Positions 8,315 through 19,276 of a DNA stretch of 64,000 bases are shown here, piece after piece; position 1 is the stretch's first letter; each line of letters starts with the position of its first letter. This stretch comes from an uncultured Bdellovibrionales bacterium (GTDB taxonomy: Bacteria; Patescibacteriota; Minisyncoccia; Moranbacterales; UBA1568). A program made the position numbers and the translations under genes. The DNA is taken from the NCBI GenBank assembly GCA_964500505.1, contig CAZCNN010000001.1:205056-269055 (forward strand). The letters run 5' to 3'. A model generated the notes under the pieces. The model saw nothing but the letters and a program-made list of their open reading frames with translations, was not told the origin of the DNA and made no database searches.

Positions 8315-11300
8315 CTAGTACTTTCCTAGGGTGACTTCAACCATTTGAGCGAGAGAAATCCGCAGATCTCTCCCCTTTTGCAAATCAGCCAGCTGTTGTC
8401 CAACTATTTCCCTTATGTCACGCACCAGAACTTCAGACGTTACCAAGCCTTCGGTAATGTACTCTTGTGCTTCCTCACTTCTCACCACAGCTTCTGGTAC
8501 GTCATCCCACAATGCTCGAAATTTTTCCGCCCAGTCCTTATCATACCCCACTACCATGTAGTGCAGGTTAGCCTTCATGAGAGCGTTGACCGAATCACGC
8601 ATGCTCCCAATATACCCCCGTACTACCGCTGGCTTTTCATCGCTCTCAACTTCTTTCAGCAAATCTTTCAACTCTCGCCGCAATTCTTTTCTTTTCATCA
8701 CCCGTTCTGCCGCCTCTTGTGCCTTGGTCTTTATCTTAGTGACCGGCTCCGCCAAAATCGGGGTCGCCGCAGCAAACACGCTCTCCAATACTGTCTCAAG
8801 GTAACCCACTTCCCCATGGAGCTCTGCTCGAATCTCTGGTGTCATTTCCATCTCTACCACTTGTGGCTTGATTTCTTTTTTCTTGATTGATACTGGCGAT
8901 TGCTTCGTCTCTGGCGCATTGGCAGGCTTGTTCTTCTCCACCTTCAGCATCTCAAAGGCTGCCGCCAATGACCCCTTGGTAACTACCCCGTTAACACGGA
9001 CAGTTTCACGAACTTCTTCCAGAATCTTGAGAGCAAGCTCCGGATCTACGGGTCTACTCAAAAAATGGCGTGAACGGCCCACTAGATGTTCTCGCCCAAT
9101 CCTGAGTTTCGACTCTATATCCAAGTAAAAAGCAGATAATTTCCCTCCGCGCACACCCGAAGCGGCAGCCAAGAGTCCCGGTTCTTCTTTATCATACAGC
9201 GCTTGCACTTCCTGAACCCTCTCTTCTTTTTCTCGGGCCTGTTGTTGCTGACGAGCTTCTTCTGCCCGAACGTAGGCTAATTGTTTTTCTTTCAGAAGGC
9301 GCTGAATACCTTGCGTGGTTTCGGAGATCATTCGCATGATTTCACTGCCCTGCTCATCACTGTGAACTTCGAGCTGCAGCTGTTCCTGGCACCATTTCAC
9401 TTGTCCTATGACCATTTCGAATTCTTCCGATGTGAAGCCAAGTTTCTCGCTCTGGTACCGGCGTGACTCCATATCAGATAACATGGACATCAGTTTCTTC
9501 CCGGTACTCCGATATTCGTTCTGCATTTGGAAAGAAAGAACAGGATTTCCGAGAATGGCTCTCAATTTCTCCAGTGATGTACTCGTATGCCACTCTGATT
9601 CCAGATACATTTTTAAGAGGAGTGGTTTTCGAGCTCCCTCTGGACCAACTTCAAAACGTGTCTCGATAGGAATCGCAGAGAAGTCCACTGGAAACAGTTG
9701 TATGGATGCTCCGAATCGCTCTGGGATGCCGCGATCGCTATCTCCGGCATGCGCTTCATACCGCACTTCTCTTTGCCTACCATTCACTTCGATCGATTCC
9801 GGATAATCACGCTCAATGCGTGCCATCATTTCATCAGGGCAAAAGTCCTGAATATCCATTCGTAAAAAATCACCGAGTCTCTGTACTTCACTCAGGGTCT
9901 GCGCATTGCCCAATCGACTGACATACCACTCCACCATATCAGGCATAGGCACAAGACCCTGAGACCTCACTCGTAACTCTTTCAACGTAGCTATGACTTT
10001 GTCATTTTCCCATGGAAATTGTAGTCGGACACCAGCGTTAAGGATAGTGCCGGGATTATAAGCAAGAGCCTCTGCCAACTTCCTAGTCGCTTGTTCGCCC
10101 TCAAGGGGTACTCCCGCCACCCCTAAATACTCCTCGCGATACTCTCCTCTTGGCAGAGAGTAATCTACCATCTGTACGGCCCGACCCAGGGAAAAGTCGA
10201 ATTCTATTTCTGATCTTGGCACTGCCTTGAGCTTATCTCCCATCAGCCGCACCACATCTTCTATCGAGGCCGGGTGAATCAGCGAGGCATAGTTCCGCTT
10301 GATCTTGCCACCAAACGCCTTCCCTTGGCCTTCAGTGATACTCCCAGCAATACAAAAGGCTGGCGGATGAGTAAAGGCGCTCGATTCAGGTGAAAAATTT
10401 ACTTCTTGATACCCATCTTTTTGCAATCGCCTGTACGAAGGAAGTCGCGATTCCGGATCACGGATCAATAACCGTTCTTGGTAACCAGCTAGGATAGAAG
10501 CATTGAGAGCACCCGGGTCAGTGTGGCGCAATCTATCCTCGAGCTCAAAACGGTCGAAATTGATACCAGCTTCCCGACTGAAATCATACATCCGATAAGC
10601 GACATGTCTGATCGCTTCCGCGTTGAGGTGGTACATCCGGCACCAATCCTTGAAGTCACGCATCGCTCGCTTCACTTCCGGCCGACGATCGTCTCCCAAG
10701 CACTCGAACACCCCGGCATCCATGGCCTGGATAAAAATATTGAGACGTTTGGCCCAGTCGGAGCCATCTTGTTCAAACCCTACCTGTTCTCGCGCTATCG
10801 CCTCCCGAGCATTGATTTTCTGTTCTTCTTTGGTATAGCCCGCTGCCCTATTCAGTTCTTCAGCCGTAGGATACATGAACAACTTCTGCTCCCGCGCAAA
10901 CAAAGCCAGGACAAGAGCGGCATCTGGGCAGCCTCTTTCTTCTGCTTCCACCAGCATCCGGGCATCTTCCGGCTTGAAAGGAATTTCAAGCATTCGTTCC
11001 CCTATCTCTGTGACGTTCCCATCGGCGTCCAAGGCACCGAGAATCCTCAATTGCTCGACACCGGCGTGCAGCGCTTCTTTATTGGGTTGTACAAAAAAAG
11101 GAAAGGTCTCCGGGTCACGACCGTGGCCACGCAAGCGCAGAATAAGATGGGCAAGGTTCGTGCGTTCGATCTCGGTCACCGCATGTTTCGGCAATTTGTC
11201 GAATTCTTCTTGGGTCAAGATTCGAAAGCAGGTACCAGCTTCTACACGTCCAGCTCGACCGGCTCGCTGTTCTGCTTCTTCTTGAGAAATGAGCTCTGTC

Positions 11301-12412
11301 ACTTTACGAGAAATTCCCGCCACAGGATCGTAGCGCATCGCATACTTACGGCAAGAGTCAACAACTACCGTGACGTTCGGCACCGTCACCGAGGTTTCCG
11401 CTACGTTCGTTGATACGATAACCCGTCTTTTCGCCTGGGCACTCTTTTCACCAGAAAGAGCCAGGTTACGTTGATCGAAAGAAAGCCCGCCGTGAAGCGG
11501 CAATACTTCTATGTCCTCGATATCAGACAGGCGCTCGATACAATCATCAATTTCTCTGGCTCCCGGCAAAAAAACCAGAATATCCCCTTCTTGCTCTCTC
11601 TGGATAGCCTCCTTGACCCGATTGGCTGTCTGTTCCAAATAGGCCGTCCTCTCGGCTTGTGGCCGATAGAGATCGTCGCGTGATGCCTCGGCAAGATAGT
11701 GTTTGTCTACTGGAAATGTCCGACCCTCTACCCTCATGAAGTCCTTGTCATCAAAATCAAAGAACTTCTGGAACTTCTCCGGATCGACGGTAGCACTGGT
11801 GAGAAAAATAAAGGGTGCTTTGCCTTCGGTTCGTAATTCTTTGAGCAACCCAAAGACATAGTGATAGTCAATCGACCCTTCGTGGACTTCGTCCAAAATT
11901 ATGGCCCCAGTATTTGAATTATCTACGGTGCCATTAAAGAGATAACGTGGGAGAATCCCGGATGTCACTACACGTACCGGCGTGTCACGATCCACCATTT
12001 TCGTTTCCGAAGTCGAATATCCGACGTCTCTCCCGAGTGCTCCTTCCGTCACTGCGCAGTGTGCTTCTGCCACGCCTTTGGCCGCATCCTTCCGAGGTTG
12101 CAAAATAATAATCTTGTCTGGCAATCCCAATTTTTTCAGTACATTCCGGACTGCAACTGGCGAATATATAGACTTCCCAGATCCGGTCTCTCCTAACAAA
12201 AGAAACATGCCACTCCGAGCCATAGCCTCCTCTACTCGTGTCTCCACCTCTTCCAGACGGGAACGAATAGGGAGATCATGAGACTCTATTTTTTTCTTGA
12301 GTAACCGAAGACGCGTTTCTGGAATGTCTTCCGAAACGACCTTATCTTCTTCATCAGACAAAGCCTGCTGCTCAGCCACTTGAATTTTATGCCAGTATTC
12401 TTCGTTTTGCAT
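8315..12412 (-). CDS. hrpA: ATP-dependent RNA helicase HrpA (DEAH-box) with a long C-terminal extension
   Basis: It has GETGSGKS (Walker A), DEVHE (DEAH motif II) and TNVAETSVTVP (motif V/VI region). A 1365-aa length matches HrpA. Confidence 0.85.
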   Translation of the reverse strand: MQNEEYWHKIQVAEQQALSDEEDKVVSEDIPETRLRLLKKKIESHDLPIRSRLEEVETRVEEAMARSGMFLLLGETGSGKSIYSPVAVRNVLKKLGLPDKIIILQPRKDAAKGVAEAHCAVTEGALGRDVGYSTSETKMVDRDTPVRVVTSGILPRYLFNGTVDNSNTGAIILDEVHEGSIDYHYVFGLLKELRTEGKAPFIFLTSATVDPEKFQKFFDFDDKDFMRVEGRTFPVDKHYLAEASRDDLYRPQAERTAYLEQTANRVKEAIQREQEGDILVFLPGAREIDDCIERLSDIEDIEVLPLHGGLSFDQRNLALSGEKSAQAKRRVIVSTNVAETSVTVPNVTVVVDSCRKYAMRYDPVAGISRKVTELISQEEAEQRAGRAGRVEAGTCFRILTQEEFDKLPKHAVTEIERTNLAHLILRLRGHGRDPETFPFFVQPNKEALHAGVEQLRILGALDADGNVTEIGERMLEIPFKPEDARMLVEAEERGCPDAALVLALFAREQKLFMYPTAEELNRAAGYTKEEQKINAREAIAREQVGFEQDGSDWAKRLNIFIQAMDAGVFECLGDDRRPEVKRAMRDFKDWCRMYHLNAEAIRHVAYRMYDFSREAGINFDRFELEDRLRHTDPGALNASILAGYQERLLIRDPESRLPSYRRLQKDGYQEVNFSPESSAFTHPPAFCIAGSITEGQGKAFGGKIKRNYASLIHPASIEDVVRLMGDKLKAVPRSEIEFDFSLGRAVQMVDYSLPRGEYREEYLGVAGVPLEGEQATRKLAEALAYNPGTILNAGVRLQFPWENDKVIATLKELRVRSQGLVPMPDMVEWYVSRLGNAQTLSEVQRLGDFLRMDIQDFCPDEMMARIERDYPESIEVNGRQREVRYEAHAGDSDRGIPERFGASIQLFPVDFSAIPIETRFEVGPEGARKPLLLKMYLESEWHTSTSLEKLRAILGNPVLSFQMQNEYRSTGKKLMSMLSDMESRRYQSEKLGFTSEEFEMVIGQVKWCQEQLQLEVHSDEQGSEIMRMISETTQGIQRLLKEKQLAYVRAEEARQQQQAREKEERVQEVQALYDKEEPGLLAAASGVRGGKLSAFYLDIESKLRIGREHLVGRSRHFLSRPVDPELALKILEEVRETVRVNGVVTKGSLAAAFEMLKVEKNKPANAPETKQSPVSIKKKEIKPQVVEMEMTPEIRAELHGEVGYLETVLESVFAAATPILAEPVTKIKTKAQEAAERVMKRKELRRELKDLLKEVESDEKPAVVRGYIGSMRDSVNALMKANLHYMVVGYDKDWAEKFRALWDDVPEAVVRSEEAQEYITEGLVTSEVLVRDIREIVGQQLADLQKGRDLRISLAQMVEVTLGKY

Positions 12413-12418
12413 AGATCG

Positions 12419-13012
12419 TTATCGCAAGACCATACCATTCCACGTGACCGTCTTGCGCAAGGCAACTAAATAATTCACCGTAAGCAACGCTGGCAAAAGA
12501 GGAATGACTCCCTCTAAAGAAACTTCTTGCTTATCTTCCGTCAGAATATCAAACAACTCTATAAGGGCACGCTCGCTCGCCTTGGGACAGCGTTGCTTGA
12601 CGTTCTCCCACACCGAAACGATATCAATGACTCCCTCATTGAAAGAAACTTCTTTTGCAAGCCCCTCCACTTGTTCTATTTCTTCTTGGGATAACTCGAG
12701 AATTTCCTTGACCCACACTGGTCTTAATTTTTCATCCCACGCATAGATAGAGAAAACCACTACCCCGACAGTCTCTAGTTCTGGACGATAACAGATTTCT
12801 GGTACGGTTCGGCGCAACCAAAGAAAAAAGAAGAGGGCGGAAAAGAAATCAGCTGTCTCTCGGAGCTCTACTGCATCATGGACTTGACCGCCCGTAAAAG
12901 ACGAAAAAATCTCCGAGCATTGCTCCGTTTGAGTAGGTAACAATAGCGGCAACGAAGATAGTGCAATCACTCTGTACGAAAGCAATTCTTCGCCTGTATC
13001 AGGCGTTCCCAT
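12419..13012 (-). CDS. Hypothetical protein
   Basis: It is a 197-aa ORF packed in-strand between hrpA and pheT. No motif recognised. Confidence 0.45.
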   Translation of the reverse strand: MGTPDTGEELLSYRVIALSSLPLLLPTQTEQCSEIFSSFTGGQVHDAVELRETADFFSALFFFLWLRRTVPEICYRPELETVGVVVFSIYAWDEKLRPVWVKEILELSQEEIEQVEGLAKEVSFNEGVIDIVSVWENVKQRCPKASERALIELFDILTEDKQEVSLEGVIPLLPALLTVNYLVALRKTVTWNGMVLR

Positions 13013-13059
13013 GCCCTCATTCTACCACAATTCTCTGGGTTTTTTCTCTATCGAAAAAA

Positions 13060-15453
13060 TCACGCTGTGCGGAGGCGACCGCCGTGTTCGCCCGCGAGGG
13101 CGACGATGCGGTCAAAAGCCTCGTCCATCTCAGCACCTGAGAGTGTCCGGTCCGAGGCACCAAACGAGAGGTGAAAAGCAAAACTCTTTTCGTCACCCTG
13201 CTCATAGATATCAAAGAGGTCTGTATTTTGGAGGAGTGGCGCGCCTGCTTCGGACAACAGCCGTTCGACTTCGCTCACGGTCATACTCCGAGGAAAGGTA
13301 AGTGAAATATCACGGAGGGCGTATGGGAATTTCTGAAGTGGCACAAAAGTGGTTTCAAGCGTTTGAAGTGCTTGGAGTTCGGATGTGACAAAGCCCGCGA
13401 CCGACACACGACCATCGAGGCCGAATGATTTCTCTACTGCTGGATGGATTTCCCCAATCATGCCGATGACTCGGCCATCGACGACATAACAGGCACTGCG
13501 TGATGGATGAAGGAGTGCCAACACAGGCACTTCGAGATGGCCTGCTCCTGCTTCGAGCGTTACCCGACCCACATCGATATGGAGTGCCTCAAGCATCGCC
13601 TCGACTTTGCCCTTGAGAGCGTAGAATCCACTCCCTTTATCATGGCGTTTAGCAGACACTGACAAGAGTGAGAGGGCTGATATTTCTACTGGTCGCTTGG
13701 TCTTTGCTTCTTTGGCATAAACCTTACCCCATTCAAAACAGTCAAAGCTCTCAAAATGACGTCGATTCTCCACGGCTTTACGAAGATGGAGTGGCACCAG
13801 TGACAGACGGAGATACTTTTGGTCAGGATTCAAGGGATTCTCGAGCTCAAGATGTGCATCAAGTGGGAGGCGAGTCGCCATGATGTCCTTGTCGCCATAG
13901 AAAGAATAGGTCATGAGCTCATCAAAGCCCGCTGACACCAGATACTCTTTGGTCGATCGTTCGAGGCGCTTCTCAGGATTCGCAGGACTGGCGGTGAGTG
14001 GGAGACGTGGAGCAGTCGCCTCGATACCATCGTACCCGTGCATCCGACCGATTTCTTCAATGAGATCCCACTCATCACGGAGGTCTGGCCGACGCGTCGG
14101 GACCGTCACCATCAGGATATCAGCACTCGCTACCTTTTTGACCTTGAGTCCGAGGAGCGCCAAGTGCTGGACCACCTGAAAGACAGGGAGCTTCACTCCC
14201 AAGACATTACTCACCCGATTAAGCGACAGAGTGATTTTGGTAGGGAGCGCCTCTTTTGGGTAGACATCACGCATCCCGATAATCTTGCCACCAGAAAGAG
14301 TCGGGAGGAGAGCAGCCGCTTCGCGGAGTGCTTCACCCACGAGATTCGGATCGAGATTACGTTCAAAACGATAGCTCGCATCGGTCGGGAGATTGTGGCG
14401 ATTCTTGGTCCGACGGACAGATGAGCCACTAAAGTTGGCCACTTCCAAAAAGATATTCTTGGTTTCGGCCGTCACGGCGGAAAATTGCCCTCCCATGACC
14501 CCGGCGAGCGCGAGCGCATGTTTGGTATCGGCAATCACGAGATCATCGTCCGAGAGCTTCTTGGTCTCACCGTTCAGAATCGTCAGCTTCTCATTTTTCT
14601 TGGCGCGTCGTACCGTGATGGCGCCAGCAATTTTGTCTGCATCAAAAGCATGCATCGGCTGGCCCGTGAGGAGCATCAGGTAGTTGGTCACATCCACGAT
14701 GTTGTTGATGGGACGGAGTCCCGACACAATGAGACGCACCTTGAGCCAAAGTGGAGACTCGCCGACCGTCACTCCGCGGACGAGGAGCCCGGCATAGCGC
14801 GGACAACTTATTTTATCAGCAATGATTACTTTCGGCGCGCGATTGGAGGCAGGTACTTTGACTGGTTTGAGTGATTTCTCACCAAAGCTCGGCGCATAGC
14901 CATCAAGGGCCGCGATCTCCCGGGCCAAGCCCTGATAGGCGAGTGCATCTGATCCCCGATCTGGGAGTATCTTGACTTCGATGATACTATCATCCAACCC
15001 AACATATTTCACAAACGAAGCGCCCACTGGAGCATCTTCATCCAAAACGAGGATACTCTTGTGCTCCGTGGCGAGTCCGAGTTCATCCGCACCACAAATC
15101 ATGCCCTGAGACTTGACCCCCCGCAACGTCGCTTCTTTGATCTGTATACCTCCCGGAAGCGTAGCGCCCGGTAAAACGACGGCTACTTTCTGGCCCTTAG
15201 CGATATTGGGGGCACCACAGACAATTGTTCGGATATCTTTCTTGCCGACCTCTACTTCTGCAACACGCAATTTATCTGCGTCGGGATGCTGTGCGAGTGT
15301 GACCACTCGCCCAATAATAACGTCATCGAGTCCATGAGCGAATTTTTCGATGCCCTCCACTTCAAAGGCATGGATCATAAGGAGGCGTGCCAATTGTTCG
15401 GCACTCTTCTTGGTTCCAGATAGTTCTTTGAGGAAGCGATAACTATATTTCAT
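13060..15453 (-). CDS. pheT: Phenylalanine--tRNA ligase beta subunit
   Basis: The N-terminus MKYSYRFLKEL... is PheT-like, and the 797-aa product covers the tRNA-binding, B3/4 and B5 regions. It lies immediately downstream of pheS. Confidence 0.9.
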   Translation of the reverse strand: MKYSYRFLKELSGTKKSAEQLARLLMIHAFEVEGIEKFAHGLDDVIIGRVVTLAQHPDADKLRVAEVEVGKKDIRTIVCGAPNIAKGQKVAVVLPGATLPGGIQIKEATLRGVKSQGMICGADELGLATEHKSILVLDEDAPVGASFVKYVGLDDSIIEVKILPDRGSDALAYQGLAREIAALDGYAPSFGEKSLKPVKVPASNRAPKVIIADKISCPRYAGLLVRGVTVGESPLWLKVRLIVSGLRPINNIVDVTNYLMLLTGQPMHAFDADKIAGAITVRRAKKNEKLTILNGETKKLSDDDLVIADTKHALALAGVMGGQFSAVTAETKNIFLEVANFSGSSVRRTKNRHNLPTDASYRFERNLDPNLVGEALREAAALLPTLSGGKIIGMRDVYPKEALPTKITLSLNRVSNVLGVKLPVFQVVQHLALLGLKVKKVASADILMVTVPTRRPDLRDEWDLIEEIGRMHGYDGIEATAPRLPLTASPANPEKRLERSTKEYLVSAGFDELMTYSFYGDKDIMATRLPLDAHLELENPLNPDQKYLRLSLVPLHLRKAVENRRHFESFDCFEWGKVYAKEAKTKRPVEISALSLLSVSAKRHDKGSGFYALKGKVEAMLEALHIDVGRVTLEAGAGHLEVPVLALLHPSRSACYVVDGRVIGMIGEIHPAVEKSFGLDGRVSVAGFVTSELQALQTLETTFVPLQKFPYALRDISLTFPRSMTVSEVERLLSEAGAPLLQNTDLFDIYEQGDEKSFAFHLSFGASDRTLSGAEMDEAFDRIVALAGEHGGRLRTA

Positions 15454-15456
15454 AGA

Positions 15457-16494
15457 CTAGAATTGGCGAATGAAACGGAGGTCACCAGAGAGAAAAAGGC
15501 GGTTGTCATTGATACCATACTTCATCATAGCCATGCGACCGACACCAAAACCCCACGCGAAGCCCTGGTACACTCCCCGCTTGTAACCAGCTGCCTCAAG
15601 CACGTGCTGGTTGACCATACCGGCTCCGCCGAGCTCGATCCAACCACCTTGCTTGCACGTAGCGCATCCGGCTCCATCACACAGGATACAGCTGATATCG
15701 AATTCAAACGACGGTTCGGTAAACGGGAAAAAGCTCGGACGCAAACGAATACGGACTTTCTCACCAAAAAATTTGCTAAAAAATTCTTCCGCCACATGCT
15801 TAAACGTAGCCACCGTCACCTCGCCCTCGACATCCACCATGAGACATTCAAACTGATAGAATGTGTGCTCATGCGTCGCATCAGTCGCTTCGTTACGAAA
15901 GACTCGACCCGGAACAATGACCCGGAGCGGTGGTTTGTGCGTCTCCATGTACCGCACCTGGACACCAGACGTATGCGTACGTGGTAGGTAGCGATCTGTG
16001 GATTTCTTGTCACTCTTCACCCAAAACGTATCCTGCATGTCGCGCGAGGGATGATCCTTGGGGAAGTTGAGCGCGTCAAAGTTGTAGTGCTCCGTCTCTA
16101 CCTCTGGACCAGAAGCAATATCAAATCCCATCGAAGTAAAGATGTCTTCGATTTCGTGCTCGACTCGTGTGAGCGGATTGAGGTGCCCGACGCGGGTCAC
16201 TCGGCCCGGGGCCGTGATGTCGATACCCTCGGCCTGCCAGTCCACACTCTTTTCGAGCAGTTCCTTTTTCTTGGCATCGAACAAGGCGATAAGCTTTTGC
16301 TTGGTACTGTTCCCGAGCGGTCCGACGACTTTCTTGTCTTCTGGTGACAGATCACGGAGTCCCTTAAGCAAGGTATTGAGCTCGCTTTTTCGACCCAAAT
16401 ACTCAATTTCCCAAGCCTCTAGCTCCGGTAGCGTCGCAAGGGTAGCGAGCGCCGCCTCCCCTGCCTGACCAATTTTTTCAATCTGTTCTTTCAT
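15457..16494 (-). CDS. pheS: Phenylalanine--tRNA ligase alpha subunit
   Basis: The class II core FRNEATDATHEHTFYQFE and GWIELGGAGMV are typical of PheS. Confidence 0.92.
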   Translation of the reverse strand: MKEQIEKIGQAGEAALATLATLPELEAWEIEYLGRKSELNTLLKGLRDLSPEDKKVVGPLGNSTKQKLIALFDAKKKELLEKSVDWQAEGIDITAPGRVTRVGHLNPLTRVEHEIEDIFTSMGFDIASGPEVETEHYNFDALNFPKDHPSRDMQDTFWVKSDKKSTDRYLPRTHTSGVQVRYMETHKPPLRVIVPGRVFRNEATDATHEHTFYQFECLMVDVEGEVTVATFKHVAEEFFSKFFGEKVRIRLRPSFFPFTEPSFEFDISCILCDGAGCATCKQGGWIELGGAGMVNQHVLEAAGYKRGVYQGFAWGFGVGRMAMMKYGINDNRLFLSGDLRFIRQF

Positions 16495-16532
16495 GTTCGT
16501 ATTCTACCCAATTTTTCCCGTTTTGACTAAAA

Positions 16533-17981
16533 TTAGTCATTAAACACAATTCTCACCATGTAATTTTTTCCAACGCTCATCACTTTTCCATTATCATTTG
16601 TACCCACTTCATACTGCCAATCAAGAATTCTTTCCCCATCAATTTCAACCCCACCCTGTTCAATCTTGCGACGGGCATCGGACTTGCTTGTTGCAAAGCC
16701 CTGGTTAAATATGAATTCAGAAAGTTGAGCGGGTGGCCCTTGTGAAGGACTCACATTTTCTGGAATCTCTCCAGCAGACTTGGCCTCATAGAATTTCTTT
16801 GCATCTTCTGACGCAGAAGCACTATGATACATCGTTACAATCTCCTGAGCCAAACGCATCTTGATGGCTCGAACATTACCACCTGTTACTATGTCCTCGG
16901 CAATTTTAGCTATTTCTTCCATCGATAAATCAGTGCAGAGCTCGAAGTAATTCATTACTGATGTATCCGGCAAAGACATCACCTTTAAGAACATCGAATT
17001 CGGTTCATCAGTGATACCAATGTAATTATCCAGACTCTTACTCATTTTTTCCTTACCATCTGTCCCTTCCAATAATTTAAATGCCAGGACCGATTGTTCA
17101 GCCATTTTAGGCGTTTCCTTAGACATCAAGTCTCTACCGACGAGCATATTGAAAGTTTGATCTGTTCCCCCGACTTCCAAATCACAGCTACCATAAATCT
17201 TCGCTAGAGCAATAGAATCCACCCCCTGAAGAACTGGATATAACATCTCATGCATGTACAGCGGTTCACTCTTGTCAATTCTATCCTGAAACATATCACG
17301 TTCTATTAATCTAGAGTGCGTGATATGTCTCAGATTGAACATCAAGTTTATTAAAGTAATAAACTGAGTTTCTGGCTTCTTCAAAAACACATTCTGCATG
17401 CGAGTATTTTGCAGTAGGATAGCCTTCGAAACCAATGAGTTAGGATTATCTTCAATCTGAACTCCACCCTTCTCAATCACCGATTTTACATTTGCAAGAT
17501 TTTCTTTACCAATTTGTCTTGCGACATCGACATCAGCAGGCGAAGCATACCAGTCCATATTTCTAATCCAGCTGAAACTATGGCCATGCAAAATATTGCC
17601 AGCGTTATCTTTTTCGACAGTTAGAATCTTATCTATTTGCTTTAAATACGTAATCACGTTTTTTTCTACTTCCTGCTGGTCAAGCTCTGGTCTAACTTTA
17701 CTTTTCCCAGTCGGATCACCAATCATTGCAGTAAAATCACCTACCAAAAAAATCACCTTACACCCTAAGTTCTGAAATTCGCGCAATTTCCGAAAACATA
17801 CCGCATGTCCAAGATGAATATCGGGACGAGTGGGATCGACGCCGTACTTGATAACAATATCCTTGTCGTATTTCCCGTTATTCTTATCTATGAGTTTTTG
17901 GCGAAACGAACCATCTGGGTCGATGAATTCACCTACCCCGCGACTCAATACTTCGTCAATCTTTTTCTCTATATCTTGCAT
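16533..17981 (-). CDS. tyrS: Tyrosine--tRNA ligase with a C-terminal S4 domain
   Basis: It has a class I HIGH-type motif (PTRPDIHLGH) and KMSKS. The C-terminal S4-like segment is SDARRKIEQGGVEIDGERI. It is longer than typical TyrS because of internal insertions. Confidence 0.82.
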   Translation of the reverse strand: MQDIEKKIDEVLSRGVGEFIDPDGSFRQKLIDKNNGKYDKDIVIKYGVDPTRPDIHLGHAVCFRKLREFQNLGCKVIFLVGDFTAMIGDPTGKSKVRPELDQQEVEKNVITYLKQIDKILTVEKDNAGNILHGHSFSWIRNMDWYASPADVDVARQIGKENLANVKSVIEKGGVQIEDNPNSLVSKAILLQNTRMQNVFLKKPETQFITLINLMFNLRHITHSRLIERDMFQDRIDKSEPLYMHEMLYPVLQGVDSIALAKIYGSCDLEVGGTDQTFNMLVGRDLMSKETPKMAEQSVLAFKLLEGTDGKEKMSKSLDNYIGITDEPNSMFLKVMSLPDTSVMNYFELCTDLSMEEIAKIAEDIVTGGNVRAIKMRLAQEIVTMYHSASASEDAKKFYEAKSAGEIPENVSPSQGPPAQLSEFIFNQGFATSKSDARRKIEQGGVEIDGERILDWQYEVGTNDNGKVMSVGKNYMVRIVFND

Positions 17982-17991
17982 AGATATTTTC

Positions 17992-18282
17992 TTATTTCAA
18001 ACCAAATCGGGCCTTGGCCAGGCGGTACTGGTCATCAGACATTTGGCCCGCTTTGCGCATGGCTTCGAGCGAAGCAAGGATTTCACCCTTGTGCTTTTCG
18101 ATATTCTTGGGGGTCATGGCCTTGCGGAGGGTCTTCTCGCGTTCGGCAGGACTCATGTTCATGAGGCGCTTCATCGCAAAACGCTGGAGCATGTTCATGT
18201 CCTTGGTATCCGGCATACCGGGGATATTCGCCATGTCTTCTTTCTTTTCTTCTTCGTCTTTTTTACTAAAGGGATTCCACAT
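17992..18282 (-). CDS. Small Lys/Glu/Met-rich hypothetical protein
   Basis: It is 96 aa with no TM and is packed between secF and tyrS. It carries Met-rich repeats (MPDTKDMNMLQRFAMKRLMNM). Confidence 0.45.
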   Translation of the reverse strand: MWNPFSKKDEEEKKEDMANIPGMPDTKDMNMLQRFAMKRLMNMSPAEREKTLRKAMTPKNIEKHKGEILASLEAMRKAGQMSDDQYRLAKARFGLK

Positions 18283-18352
18283 AATTTTGAAGTATTAAGG
18301 AGTATGTAGTAAGTAGTATGAGTTGCTCAATCTTTTACTTGTTCCTCGCTGC

Positions 18353-19264
18353 TTACTGTTTTCTACTCAGACTGGTCTTCATAGTATACCGTGTGACCAA
18401 AAGCGCCGAGGCGATATAGACCGATGAGTACGTCCCAAAGACGACACCGGAGAGGAGCGCCACTCCGAAGTATCGGACGCTCTCACCACCGAAAATGACG
18501 ATGGCGACGAGAGTGATGATGACCGTCATCGAAGTGTTGATCGAGCGTCCCAGTGTTTCGTTGAGCGAACGATTGACGATGTTTTCGAAATCGCCCTTCT
18601 TGCTCGAACGCATGAGGTTCTCACGGACACGATCATATACCACAATGGTGTCATTGACCGAGTACCCGAGGATAGTGAGGAGGGCCGCGATAAACGGTAC
18701 TCCAACCTCTACCCCATAAAAGTGCCCGAGGACAGCAAAGAGACCGACCACGATGGTGATGTCATGAGCAAGCGCGATAATCGCTCCGAGACCGTATTCC
18801 CACGACGTAACTACGCCGGACACGCGCCTGAAAGCCCATGCGATATAGAGAGCAATACCGATAACAGAGAGAAGAATACCCGTAAAGGCATTACGCTTGA
18901 TCTGATCTGAAACAGAGCCACCGATAAAGTCCGTCCGGAGCTGCTTCACCTCTGGGTCTAGTCCACGCAATTTGGCGAGGACCTGGTCATTGGCCGCATC
19001 ATCTGAAGCCAGATACCGGAGGAGGAGCCCCTGATTCTCCGTCGGTTGCACTGTGAGACTCTTAAGAGATAGTTCGGAGAGACTTTCTTCGACTACCCGT
19101 GTCTCTGGCGTCGGGTCCACCGTAAAGCGGACTTCCATCAAGGTCCCACCCTTAAAGTCAATCCCGAGATTGAGTCCCCAGAGGATAGTCACGATGATGC
19201 TCGCCCCGGTCAAGATACCAGAGAGGAGATAGGCGTAGGCTCGTTTTTGAATGATTTGGAGCAT
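18353..19264 (-). CDS. secF: Protein translocase subunit SecF
   Basis: It has the SecF N-terminal TM and the GIDFKGGT periplasmic-domain motif, plus C-terminal TM helices. It follows secD. Confidence 0.9.
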   Translation of the reverse strand: MLQIIQKRAYAYLLSGILTGASIIVTILWGLNLGIDFKGGTLMEVRFTVDPTPETRVVEESLSELSLKSLTVQPTENQGLLLRYLASDDAANDQVLAKLRGLDPEVKQLRTDFIGGSVSDQIKRNAFTGILLSVIGIALYIAWAFRRVSGVVTSWEYGLGAIIALAHDITIVVGLFAVLGHFYGVEVGVPFIAALLTILGYSVNDTIVVYDRVRENLMRSSKKGDFENIVNRSLNETLGRSINTSMTVIITLVAIVIFGGESVRYFGVALLSGVVFGTYSSVYIASALLVTRYTMKTSLSRKQ

Positions 19265-19276
19265 GAGGGTAGATCG

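Noticed and set aside
18300-18330. Additional ATGAGTT occurrence near 18318
   Set aside because: Only a 7-mer match lacking the flanking TAT/ATA of the palindromic half-site. At 7-mer length several chance hits are expected in 64 kb, so it is not counted as part of the putative regulon.
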